Assembly: GCA_024274695.1 (NCBI GenBank)
Contig: JAJSAI010000028.1
Location: 1 to 41,625 of the forward strand
Source of the DNA: an archaeon
GTDB lineage: Archaea; B1Sed10-29; JAJSAI01
Length of the DNA: 41,625 nt
Direction: 5' to 3'
The position numbers and the translations under genes are program-made. The notes below the pieces were generated by a model. That model was given only the letters and a program-made list of their open reading frames with translations, had not been told where the DNA came from and did not search any database. This document shows, piece by piece, positions 26,922 to 35,885 of the stretch (positions within the stretch are counted from its first letter, which is position 1; every line of letters starts with the position of its first letter).

Positions 26922-27887
26922 GGTGAAGGGCTTGAAAAGGGCTTGCGAGTGGACCGTCCGGCCGGAGCCGCCGTACCACTTTGACGGGAACATGCACAAG
27001 CCCTCGCACTTCCCGACTCCTGACAGGGCCTGGGAGCCTGGCAGGTACTGGCAGACCCTGTTGTGGAAGGGCAGAGCCTACGGGCTACTCCTGGAAAACC
27101 AGGGCACTCCCTGGAGGCCCGTGGTCAGGGTGAGCGTGTACGCTGACCGCAGACCCGGAAAGCACGCGCTGCAAGAGCTAGAGCAAGAAATAGGCTACCG
27201 GTTCAACTTCTGGCAGGATGTCTCAGGATTTTACAGAAGATACCGGAAGGATCCCACGATAGGCAGGCTCGCGCGCAAGTGGGCTGGGATGAAGCCATTA
27301 TGCTTTTGCTCCTTGTACGAGCTGCTCATCGTTTACGTAACGCTCCAGAACGCCACGGTGCGCAGGACCGTGCAGATGATGGAAAACCTGTTCCGCGCGT
27401 ACGGTCCGAGGCCAGGTTCGCTGGAAAACATCTGGCCGTGTGGTGGCCGCCTGAAAAAATCGCGCTGGGGTCGAGCGAGCAGGAACTCAGGAGACTAAAA
27501 CTCGGGTACCGGGCCAAGACAGTGATGCGCTTGAGCCAGCAGTTCGCTTCCCGTGAGATAAGCGAGGAGAACATTAGGGGCAGGGACAAGCAGGCTGTCC
27601 AGAAGAGAATGCTCGGGTTATACGGGATAGGCCCTGCGAGCGTGGAGTACTTGTTGTTCGAGTACGCGTACCTCCTGGACGAGCTCAGGGTGATCCCACC
27701 CTGGGAGCAGAAGATCCTATCAAGGCTCTTGTTCAACAGACCCGGAGCGCCAGCGCAGGAGATCCTCAGGTTCTTCGGGAAATACCCTGGCTACGAGAAG
27801 CTCGCCTTCCACTTGCTCTGGGAGGACCTCTTCTGGAAGCACCAAAAGAAAAATATTCCTTGGCTGGAGAAAGAGATAAGAATGTAA
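26917..27887 (+). pseudogene. HhH-GPD DNA glycosylase (AlkA/Ogg-like) split by a frameshift near 27406
   Basis: The first frame gives ...SLYELLIVYVTLQNATVRRTVQMMENLFRAYG. The second frame continues EARFAG...ELRRLKLGYRAK...LYGIGPASVEYLL (HhH). One base appears to be missing at GGT-CC-GAG, which may be an assembly error. Confidence 0.75.
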
Positions 27888-27911
27888 GCCGCGCAGTTAG
27901 TCTCGGTTGTC

Positions 27912-28454
27912 ATGAGGCTCTTCAGGCGCGGGCGCAAGAAAAAAGAACAGCCCCTGCAGAAGAAAACGCGAGACAGGATGGTGCTCGCTAGGGGAGAAAA
28001 GCTGATAATGCACGAAAGAGAGTCACTGTACAGTTATGACACTGTGACCGGCAAGACAGAAGGAATAGAATCAAAAAGACTTTCCTTCGTGAACCCGGTC
28101 ACTGGGGAAGAAGAATCAACGGTACACTTCTGGGTAAAGAAAACGCCGAATGGGATCAAGGAGGGTTCAATAAAATGGGTGCACACAGAGCGCGCCTTCA
28201 GGAACGAAGGCCTTGCACAAGAGCTCCTTAAAAGAACTATTGAGAAACTGAGAGAAGATGAGGCATCATACGTGATACTGTACTACAGTCCCCTGGAAAA
28301 TCCTGAAGCCGCTGAAAGAATATACCGGCGCGCTGGATTCGTGCCCTTGTCAGAAGTCCCACGAGAGCTCGCCGAAAGGTACATTGGAGGAAGGTGGTAC
28401 CAGAGGCTGTCCGAAAAGGACAAGAAGAAGATTTTCTTCCTTCCACTCCACTAA
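27912..28454 (+). CDS. GNAT-family N-acetyltransferase, paralog 3
   Basis: WVHTERAFRNEGLAQELL and AERIYRRAGFVP. Shares MVLARGEKL and FVNPVTG with paralogs 1 and 2. Confidence 0.8.
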   Translation: MRLFRRGRKKKEQPLQKKTRDRMVLARGEKLIMHERESLYSYDTVTGKTEGIESKRLSFVNPVTGEEESTVHFWVKKTPNGIKEGSIKWVHTERAFRNEGLAQELLKRTIEKLREDEASYVILYYSPLENPEAAERIYRRAGFVPLSEVPRELAERYIGGRWYQRLSEKDKKKIFFLPLH

Positions 28455-28465
28455 CCTGGAAAAGG

Positions 28466-28804
28466 TCATCCCCTGTCGAACACCTGTTTCTTGACCTGCC
28501 TGGGCTTGAACTTCTCGTACAATACCTGGTACGCGATGTCAGCCTGTTTGGGGTCGCCGCACGTGAAAACGTCCAAGGCCACGAGCCCGTGCTCCGGCCA
28601 CGTGTGTATTGACACGTGGCTCTCGGAGATGAGCATTATCCCCGTGACTCCGTAGGGCTCGAACTGCTTGTATATGGACCCCACGACATCAAGGTTAGCC
28701 CTGTCCGCGGCCTCGTTCATTATCTCGCGCACTGTCTTCTTGCGCGCTATGAGCTCAGGATCAACCCCGTAAAACTCTGCTATGATGTGCTTTCCGACCA
28801 CCAT
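28466..28804 (-). CDS. speD: S-adenosylmethionine decarboxylase proenzyme (pyruvoyl)
   Basis: GKHIIAE, FEPYGVT, SESHVSIHTWPE (self-cleavage site), DVFTCG. An ArgDC activity in the same fold cannot be excluded. Confidence 0.88.
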   Translation of the reverse strand: MVVGKHIIAEFYGVDPELIARKKTVREIMNEAADRANLDVVGSIYKQFEPYGVTGIMLISESHVSIHTWPEHGLVALDVFTCGDPKQADIAYQVLYEKFKPRQVKKQVFDRG

Positions 28805-28901
28805 GAGCATCACCTCAAGAACTCCAGGCAGCCTGACAGAGCAGGCTAAGCGGTGTAAATCTCCTGAAGAAAACAGGATGTTAAAAATTACTCGCGGGTA
28901 T

Positions 28902-29203
28902 TTAAAAAGGTTTTGCTAAGGCAGTCTTCCCCGTGATCTCCTCTACTTCTTCTCTCCCGCGCTTTAGCTCTTCTGCTTGCTTCTTGTCCAGCCTGAGCAG
29001 GAGTTCCTGAAACTCTCCGACGTGCGTCTTTTCCTCGTCCGCGATGTCCTGGAAAACCTTTTTCAGGTCAGGGTTCTTTGTCATCGCGGCAAGCTGCTCG
29101 TACAAGTTTATCGCGTCAAGTTCCGCGATAATCCCCACGCGAACGAGCTCTGCGTCCTTTATCTTTCCTTTAGCTTCTTTTGGGGGAAAATGCTTGACAT
29201 CAT
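28902..29203 (-). CDS. Short ferritin-like/rubrerythrin-family protein with apparent frameshift near 29185
   Basis: IIAELDAINLYEQLA ... IADEEKTHVGEF di-iron motifs. The SD-preceded ATG (29203) is one base out of frame across a TTTTCCCCCAAAA run. Confidence 0.75.
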
Positions 29204-29266
29204 GTTAATCACCAGCCAGGTAAAACACGTGAAACTTTTATAACGGTTGCCCTCTTCTTTTAGCAC

Positions 29267-30670
29267 ATGACCTCTCTAGAATCCCTAACTCCGTTCTTCC
29301 GTCCAAGGTCCTGCGCTGTAATAGGCGCGAGCAGGAAAAAAGGCAAGGTAGGGAACACTATTTTCGCGAACATGCTCAGGTCATTCAAGGGGCCCGTGTA
29401 CCCAGTGAACCCGAACGCGAGGAGGGTTCTCGGAAGTAAGGCGTACGCAAGCGTGCTCGACATCCCGGGAGAAGTGGATCTCGCGGTAATAGCAGTGCCC
29501 GCCAGAATCGTCCCTGAGGTCATGAGAGAGTGTGCTGAAAAAGGAGTCAGAGGAGCGGTTATAATCTCTTCAGGGTTCGCGGAGACAGGGAACAGGGCCT
29601 TGGAGGAAGAGGTCAGGCGGATCGCCAGGACCACCGGCCCAAGGGTGGTGGGAGTGAACTGTCTCGGGATCCTGGACACTCATTCTGGAGTGGACATGCT
29701 GTTCATGCCCGAAGAGAAGATCGAAAGACCGAAAAAAGGGGATATCGCGTTCATCTCCCAGTCAGGAGCTGTCGGGTCAACCGTGCTTGACATGATCGCG
29801 GAACAGGGGATAGGAATCTCTTCGTTCGTGTCCTACGGTAATGCCACTGATGTTCAGGACTACGAGCGGGCAGAGTACCTTGCAGTGGACCCGGAGACTA
29901 AAGTGGTATGCGCGTACATGGAGGGGACCAAGGACGGGAAAATGTTCCTGGAGCACTTGAAAAAGGCAACCCGGATAAACCCTGTGATCGTGCTCAAGGC
30001 AGGAAGAACAGAGGCTGGTAGGAAGGCGGCCGCGAGCCATACCGCGAGCATGGCAGGGTCTGACAGGGTCTACGACGCTGCCTTCCGAGAGGCTGGCGTT
30101 ATCAGAGCCCAGGACTTACAGGAACTGTTTGACATGGCGAGAGTGTTATCAAAACAGCCTCTCGCGAAAGGAGACAGAATACTAATAGTAACTAACGGTG
30201 GAGGATTTGGAGTGCTCGCGGCAGATGAGGTTGAAAGGGCTGGCCTGAAACTCGCCGTCCTCAGCAAGAAGAGCATGAGAAAACTGGAAAAGGTCCTCCC
30301 AGAATACGCTAACATAAGCAATCCCCTGGACCTCGTGGGAGACGCTGGGCCTGAGAGGTACCGGGCGGCCTTGGAGGTAGCGTTGGAGGATGACAATGTT
30401 GACGCGGTACTGTGCATCGGGCTTTTCCAGACCGTTTCAATAACCCCCACTGTGGTTGACCACGTGCTGTGGTTCAGTAGGAAAAAGAAAAAGCCAGTAG
30501 TGTTCTGTGCCGCAGGCTCCGATTACACAAGAAAACACCTGAAGAAACTCGAGGACAAAGGAGTCCCAGCATTCTCGTTCCCTGAGCGGGCGGTCAGGGC
30601 GCTCAAGGCCCTTGTAGAATACGGGAGAATAAACCCTGAGTTTGACAGGATAAGAGGGTTCAAGAAGTGA
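29267..30670 (+). CDS. acdA: Acetate--CoA ligase (ADP-forming) alpha subunit
   Basis: AVIGAS, YPVNP, ISSGFAE, G.NCLG, ISQSGA, SHTAS (phospho-His), TNGGG, NPLDL.GDA. Confidence 0.93.
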   Translation: MTSLESLTPFFRPRSCAVIGASRKKGKVGNTIFANMLRSFKGPVYPVNPNARRVLGSKAYASVLDIPGEVDLAVIAVPARIVPEVMRECAEKGVRGAVIISSGFAETGNRALEEEVRRIARTTGPRVVGVNCLGILDTHSGVDMLFMPEEKIERPKKGDIAFISQSGAVGSTVLDMIAEQGIGISSFVSYGNATDVQDYERAEYLAVDPETKVVCAYMEGTKDGKMFLEHLKKATRINPVIVLKAGRTEAGRKAAASHTASMAGSDRVYDAAFREAGVIRAQDLQELFDMARVLSKQPLAKGDRILIVTNGGGFGVLAADEVERAGLKLAVLSKKSMRKLEKVLPEYANISNPLDLVGDAGPERYRAALEVALEDDNVDAVLCIGLFQTVSITPTVVDHVLWFSRKKKKPVVFCAAGSDYTRKHLKKLEDKGVPAFSFPERAVRALKALVEYGRINPEFDRIRGFKK

Positions 30671-30671
30671 G

Positions 30672-31883
30672 TTACTGTTTCATCAGGTCTATCGCCGCGC
30701 TGGTGTTATCCTCTGCCAGCGCGTCTATCACCTTCTCAGGGTCAGGGCCGTCGTAGCCCTGTTCCTCGAGCAGGCTTGACACGAGCGCGTTCACCATCTC
30801 TTCCACAGACCTCTTCTCCGCATGGGTTTTCCTAAGCTGTTCTATTCTTTCCCTGAACCCCGCTTCCGCGAACGCTTTTTTCACAGTGGCAAAAAAGCGG
30901 AATCCCTTGAGCAGAGAGGACTCGTCAATGTCAGAAGACTCATGTCCTCTGGCCAGGGTTCCTGAAAGCTTGAGCATAAGCAAGGGAGCAGGATCCTGGG
31001 GTATCTTCTCCAGCTCTTTCCGTGTTCTGCTCACCACTTCTTCAGGAGAAGCGTTCTTGAACTCTAGCTCAACATAGTAGAATGGCCTTTGTTTTTTCAG
31101 TTCTATGAACTCGTAAGAGTAGGTCGTGTCGGGACGCACGTCAAACAAGAAAAAGCCTTTCTTTTTTTCAGCCTCTATCTTTCTCTTCTGGGTTATCACC
31201 GTGCTCCCTGGGAAAAAGACCTTCCTGGACCCTGTTTCGAGCACGTTCCACCAGTGGATGTGCCCGTCAATGTACACGTCAAACCCCGCAGGGAGATCGT
31301 TTACACTGATGAACGTGTTCTCGGGATCGTACACGTACTCTTTCAGGGACTGGTGGAACATGAAAATGTTAAAAGCCCCTGGAACAGGCTTGGGCTGCCA
31401 CTGTTCCAGAACTGGCTTAACGTATCTTTCAGGCACTCCGGACAGCCCCTGGACCGCGATCTTCTGGCCCTCTTTTTCCAGCACCAGGCCATTAGCGTGC
31501 AGGTTCACCAGCAGTCCCGCTTTTTCCAGTAGTTGTATCGGGTTTACGGACCTGCTGCTTCTTCTCTCGTGGGTACCGTAAATCGAGATGACGGGGATTC
31601 CCTTCCAGGCGTACGAGGGCATATCCTCATCCTTTCCTATGAAAGAGGAGGGTCTCACGCCAGTGTCTGGCTTCTCGTGGGGTATCCTCAGCAGTTCTGC
31701 AGCCCTTCCTAAAACCTCCTGCCTGGGAGTCCTCTCGTCAAAAATGTCTCCTGCAAGAAGTATGAAATCCGCTGACTTGCACGCTCTCTCAAGAGCCTCC
31801 CTGAACTGAGAAAACGCATCTTCTCCCAGTTCTGTCCCGTACGCGTGCCCGAGGTGCGAGTCAGAGATTACTGCGAACTTCAT
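30672..31883 (-). CDS. mre11: Mre11-family DNA repair nuclease
   Basis: SDSHLG, AGDIFD, GTHE, MFHQ, GHIH, PGS, KKGF, plus a capping domain. Confidence 0.82.
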   Translation of the reverse strand: MKFAVISDSHLGHAYGTELGEDAFSQFREALERACKSADFILLAGDIFDERTPRQEVLGRAAELLRIPHEKPDTGVRPSSFIGKDEDMPSYAWKGIPVISIYGTHERRSSRSVNPIQLLEKAGLLVNLHANGLVLEKEGQKIAVQGLSGVPERYVKPVLEQWQPKPVPGAFNIFMFHQSLKEYVYDPENTFISVNDLPAGFDVYIDGHIHWWNVLETGSRKVFFPGSTVITQKRKIEAEKKKGFFLFDVRPDTTYSYEFIELKKQRPFYYVELEFKNASPEEVVSRTRKELEKIPQDPAPLLMLKLSGTLARGHESSDIDESSLLKGFRFFATVKKAFAEAGFRERIEQLRKTHAEKRSVEEMVNALVSSLLEEQGYDGPDPEKVIDALAEDNTSAAIDLMKQ

Positions 31884-31887
31884 GTGC

Positions 31888-32250
31888 TTATTCTGGTTGC
31901 AGCGCTTTTTTAATCTTGTCCACCGCTTCTTCCGACCAGGAGTTCACGGCCCGCACCATCTTATCCCTCAGCACGCTCCTTGGGATGGCCCGGTACACGA
32001 ACTTTGCCCCTCCCCTGCCTGTCCTGACAAGGTTCCTTGTAGCGAGCCCCTTCTTCACCAGCGCGTGCAAGGCCCTCTGTGCAGTGCTTCTGTCCCTCCC
32101 CAAGAGCGCCGCCGCGTCCTTGACAGTGAGCTCTCTGTCCAGGAGGAAGATAAGAGCCTGAGCGCTCACGTCACTGAGGTCGAAAAAGACACTGGCGAGG
32201 TCGGCGAGAGAGGCCTGCGCAAAAAAGTCTCTGGCCAGCAGGTGTTCCAT
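31888..32250 (-). CDS. HTH transcriptional regulator (TrmB/MarR-like)
   Basis: LTVKDAAALLGRDRSTAQRALHALVKKGLA ... GGAKFVY. Confidence 0.82.
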   Translation of the reverse strand: MEHLLARDFFAQASLADLASVFFDLSDVSAQALIFLLDRELTVKDAAALLGRDRSTAQRALHALVKKGLATRNLVRTGRGGAKFVYRAIPRSVLRDKMVRAVNSWSEEAVDKIKKALQPE

Positions 32251-32282
32251 GTGCAATCAAAACGCACAATATAATAAAAGCG

Positions 32283-32447
32283 TTACTCCTGCAGGCCCTC
32301 CTCCTGTTCTTCTGATTCTTCCTCAGAGTCTTCCTCGTCCTCTTCCAGCAGTTCTGACTCAAGGGAGTCCAGCTGGTCCGCGAGATCGTCAACCTTGGCC
32401 TCTATTCTTTCCAGCCTTTCTATTATTTCCCTCAACAGTTCCTCCAA
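32283..32447 (-). CDS. Small acidic coiled-coil protein (54 aa)
   Basis: MEELLREIIERLERIEAKVDDLADQLDSLESELLEEDEEDSEEESEEQEEGLQE. TTG start after a GGAGGTG SD, directly behind the Mth938-like gene. Confidence 0.7.
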   Translation of the reverse strand: MEELLREIIERLERIEAKVDDLADQLDSLESELLEEDEEDSEEESEEQEEGLQE

Positions 32448-32460
32448 GGCGTGCACCTCC

Positions 32461-32820
32461 TTAGCATGTAACGTGCATTAGCGCTACCGTGCGCTTCCTG
32501 AGGAATATCTCGTTATACTTTTTTATGGCCTCTGGGGTGGGGAGCTCGTAGTATTCTATGCCCCTCTCTTCCAAGAGCTTCTTAGCTTCCGGGGTCAACC
32601 CCGCCGCTCCGTTCTGCCCCGTGCCCACAACGAGAGCCTCGCAGTCAGGGTCCAGAATGCTTTCCACTTCCTCTTCGTCTATAACGTGGCTGGTCCCGTA
32701 CTTCTGCTTGGCGTGGGTCTTGTCCCTCGGCCTGGCGTTGTGGTCTGTGCCCACTACCACGTCGCACTCGTAGACTTTTCCTGAAAACTTTATCCTGCCG
32801 AAACTGGTCCACTCGAACAT
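32461..32820 (-). CDS. Mth938-like (DUF498) domain protein
   Basis: SFGRI..G..Y..DV, LVVGTGQNG, PTPEAIKKYN, MHVTC. Confidence 0.9.
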   Translation of the reverse strand: MFEWTSFGRIKFSGKVYECDVVVGTDHNARPRDKTHAKQKYGTSHVIDEEEVESILDPDCEALVVGTGQNGAAGLTPEAKKLLEERGIEYYELPTPEAIKKYNEIFLRKRTVALMHVTC

Positions 32821-32866
32821 GCTCGTGAGAACGTTTTTAACCTATTTATTCTTATGCTCTTCCGGC

Positions 32867-33316
32867 ATGATGAACTGGGCGTACATAATCCTGCTTACCC
32901 TCGTGCCCGGAGTGGAGCTGAGGGGGAGCATTCCCCTGGCAGCAGTCCTGGGCGAGAACCTGGAGGTAGCCGCGGTAGTGGTAACCCTCGTGAACGTGCT
33001 TCTCGCGCCTGTGGTGCTCGCCGGGCTTGATAGGGTATGGGATCTGGCTCTCAGGGTAAGAGTGGTAGAGAGGTTGCTTGGGAGGCAGGTTGAGAGGGTG
33101 CGCAGGAAGTCAAAGCCTTTTGTGGAAAAGTACGGTCTTCTTGGACTCGCCCTGTTCGTGGCGGTGCCCCTGCCCGGGACTGGAGCGTACACTGGAGCGC
33201 TCGCAGCATGGCTGCTCGGCATTGAAATGAAGAAAGCGGCTCCCGCCATAGGCGCTGGAGTGTGCATCGCAGGGGCTCTCGTTTACCTGGCAGTAAAAGG
33301 AGTGCTGATGTTCTGA
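32867..33316 (+). CDS. Putative small multidrug export protein (COG2426-like)
   Basis: P.VELRGSIP and KYG..GL.LFVAVPLPGTGAYTG. Confidence 0.88.
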   Translation: MMNWAYIILLTLVPGVELRGSIPLAAVLGENLEVAAVVVTLVNVLLAPVVLAGLDRVWDLALRVRVVERLLGRQVERVRRKSKPFVEKYGLLGLALFVAVPLPGTGAYTGALAAWLLGIEMKKAAPAIGAGVCIAGALVYLAVKGVLMF

Positions 33317-33336
33317 AAATGCTTTCCAGGGCGGGA

Positions 33337-33501
33337 TCATGAGACTACCTTGAGGAATATCACCAGGAGCACGAACAGGGTCGTCCCGGCCAGAACCACT
33401 TCTGGCTTTACCTTCGGGCCCCCTCCCCCAACGTCAAAGAACCTCATTATCCCCGCGGAGCTGAGGGGTGTTGGAGCGCTGTTCGTCTTTATTCCCTTCA
33501 T
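33337..33501 (-). CDS. secG: Preprotein translocase subunit Sec61beta
   Basis: Manual translation gives MKGIKTNSAPTPLSSAGIMRFFDVGGGGPKVKPEVVLAGTTLFVLLVIFLKVVS, with the SAG..RFF...K..P motif plus a TM helix. Confidence 0.88.
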   Translation of the reverse strand: MKGIKTNSAPTPLSSAGIMRFFDVGGGGPKVKPEVVLAGTTLFVLLVIFLKVVS

Positions 33502-33569
33502 GCCTGATTCCTCCGGTGAAGATATTAGCGGACAAACTTATATAAATGTTTCAGACCTCTCTTTATTGC

Positions 33570-34970
33570 ATGGGGTCTCTTGAAAAAACACTGCCTCACG
33601 TCATCATCCTGGGAGTGCTCGTGCTAGTACTCTTGTTCATACTAACACAGTTTGGGTTCATCAGATGCTGTGACGTCCCTGGGTTCTGCACGGTGTACTA
33701 TGCGGTCAAAGGCCAGCCTAAAATGCTCATACTCTACGGGAACAATGGAATAGGAGACCCTGAAGCCCTTGCCAACTTCATGAAAACAGAAATGGGAGTC
33801 TACCCTCACATGCTTGAAACCAGCCTCTTTTCTGACGCTGACGCCCTGAAGCAGTACGACATGGTGGTTGTTGACAGGGCCAAAAAACTCTCGACCAAGC
33901 AGTTGCTCGCCCTGAGGTCCTACGTGCAGCAGGGGGGAACACTGGTCTGGATAGGGGATGCTGGAACCGAGCTTGGGGACAAGGACTACATCTGCGAGAA
34001 GGTCACCTTCGAGTGGTGGCCGAGCGTGAAACAGCAGACACAAGCCCCTGTGAAGTACACGTGCGATGATGTGCCAGACGCGACTCCTGAAAACCCCGAC
34101 CTCTACCGGGAACTCTGCAGGAAGAACCAGTGCAGCATGATAGATAACCCGGACGCACAGCAGATTTGCATATACGCTGTCCAGGGAGCGGTGAAGAGCA
34201 CCAAAGAGGAGATTCAGGAGGTGTGCGCTGAGGACATCGTCTCGGAAACCCCTGACCACCCTGAGGGGATAGGGGCAGGAATATGCGGTAAGAACTTTGC
34301 GGAGGTAATATACTGGTACGAGAGGATCTACGAGCAAGAGTACAAGAAGGCTTCTGAGTTCGGACTGTGCTCTCAGGACAAGGAGCCGTTCAGGACCACG
34401 GGAGACGACAGGATAAAACTATGCATACAGAAGATCAGAGAAGGGGTTGGAAGAGATGTTAACATCAGCAAGCTCAGCCTGCAGGATCTGGAGGAGTACG
34501 TTGACCAGTACTGTGAGGGTATGACGAACTACTGGAACAGGGGCCCGAGCTACGACGAGACGAGCAAGAAGATCCTGAACCAAGGGATTGACTTTTCTCA
34601 CGATGTGCTAGGGTTTGACTATGCGGGCACAAAGGAGGTTGACCTGCGCATAATACCAACCGACCCAAGCCACCCCCTCATCAGAGGATACGAGGCTCCC
34701 GTGTGGGTTAACAGGATCTTGAACGTGTCACTAGCAGACACTTACAGGTTTTCAACCATTCCCAGAACCCATACTCTCATGGCCTTCAGCATGCCCCAGT
34801 CAGCAGGAGGAGAGTCCTGGCCAGCGGTCCTGGTCAGCAATCCCCTTCCGAGCCCGTTCAAGAGAGGGAACATAATATTCTACGCGTTCGCCCCAGAAGA
34901 GCTTATGAAGGGCACGGGGAAGGGATCAAACCTGCTCAGGAACCTGGCAGACTGGCTTTACTGCAGATAA
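33570..34970 (+). CDS. Membrane-anchored hypothetical protein, GATase-like fold with Cys-rich insertion (paralog A)
   Basis: N-terminal TM, YDMVVV, LRSYVQQGGTLVWIGDAG, HPLIRG, GNIIFYAF.P. Confidence 0.7.
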   Translation: MGSLEKTLPHVIILGVLVLVLLFILTQFGFIRCCDVPGFCTVYYAVKGQPKMLILYGNNGIGDPEALANFMKTEMGVYPHMLETSLFSDADALKQYDMVVVDRAKKLSTKQLLALRSYVQQGGTLVWIGDAGTELGDKDYICEKVTFEWWPSVKQQTQAPVKYTCDDVPDATPENPDLYRELCRKNQCSMIDNPDAQQICIYAVQGAVKSTKEEIQEVCAEDIVSETPDHPEGIGAGICGKNFAEVIYWYERIYEQEYKKASEFGLCSQDKEPFRTTGDDRIKLCIQKIREGVGRDVNISKLSLQDLEEYVDQYCEGMTNYWNRGPSYDETSKKILNQGIDFSHDVLGFDYAGTKEVDLRIIPTDPSHPLIRGYEAPVWVNRILNVSLADTYRFSTIPRTHTLMAFSMPQSAGGESWPAVLVSNPLPSPFKRGNIIFYAFAPEELMKGTGKGSNLLRNLADWLYCR

Positions 34971-35031
34971 TAAAACTTTATAAATGCTCGGGCCCCTTAT
35001 AACTTTGTTTGAGCACAGGAGGTCTGGAACA

Positions 35032-35880
35032 ATGGCAGACTATTATGAATTTGAAGAAGAAGGGGGATGGAAAAAGAGCCTTGAAGTGGTAATACCGGTT
35101 ATCCTCTTGATAGTGGTCCTAGTCTTGGTGGCCTCGTACCTCGGGTTCTTGAAAGGAATTCCCATCGTGGGAGGTCTTTTCGGGGCTGGGAACATCAATG
35201 TTCTCCTTATAGGAGACGACGGGACGATATACGAGATCCTAGAAAAGCAGCTGGCTCCTGACATGCCCATAAACGTTGAGACGTTGACCCCAGAACAACT
35301 TGCAGAGCACAGGGAGTCCTCCTTCATAGAAAAGTATAACATTCTCATCCTTACAGAGGGAAGCGATGGACAGGGGCTGTCAATGCCATACAATGCACTG
35401 CAGCACATAAAATACTACCAGAGTAGGGGAGGGGCAGTGATAATGATAGGAAGGGCTGCTTACAAGGTGACTGACGAGCCTCAGACGAGGGGCTGGGACG
35501 TTCTTGGGTTCGTTCCAGTTGACTGCGTTTCGGACGAGTTGTCCAACTGCGATTCTGACTCTGGAACGTTCCAGGCCAGCTGGACAAGAATATCAACACC
35601 TCATAACACCGAACTGTACGTGCTTGACAAGAGTGTTACCGGACTGACCCAGGGGCTGAACGACAAACTGTCCTTCGAAACAGCCACAGGGAACATTCAC
35701 TACGTGAAGGTCACTCCTAAGGCTAAACAGGTGTGGAGCCTGAAAACGGATACTGAAGAGGTTCCGGGAGTAGTGTACGCTGACAACATTGGCAGTGGGG
35801 ACGTGGTGTACTTCGCGTTCCATCCCAAGGACCAGGTCCCGCTGTTCAGGAACGCAATAAAAACGGTTACGGGAGCGTGA
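35032..35880 (+). CDS. Membrane-anchored hypothetical protein, GATase-like fold (paralog B)
   Basis: N-terminal TM, YNILIL, IKYYQSRGGAVIMIGRAA, GDVVYFAFHP. Confidence 0.7.
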   Translation: MADYYEFEEEGGWKKSLEVVIPVILLIVVLVLVASYLGFLKGIPIVGGLFGAGNINVLLIGDDGTIYEILEKQLAPDMPINVETLTPEQLAEHRESSFIEKYNILILTEGSDGQGLSMPYNALQHIKYYQSRGGAVIMIGRAAYKVTDEPQTRGWDVLGFVPVDCVSDELSNCDSDSGTFQASWTRISTPHNTELYVLDKSVTGLTQGLNDKLSFETATGNIHYVKVTPKAKQVWSLKTDTEEVPGVVYADNIGSGDVVYFAFHPKDQVPLFRNAIKTVTGA

Positions 35881-35885
35881 AATGA

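Noticed and set aside
27395-27415. Programmed frameshift in the glycosylase
   Set aside because: No slippery heptamer or homopolymer at the junction. A deletion or sequencing error is simpler.
20721-30670. Separated acdA and acdB as an anomaly
   Set aside because: Unlinked alpha and beta subunit genes are common for archaeal ADP-forming acetyl-CoA synthetases.
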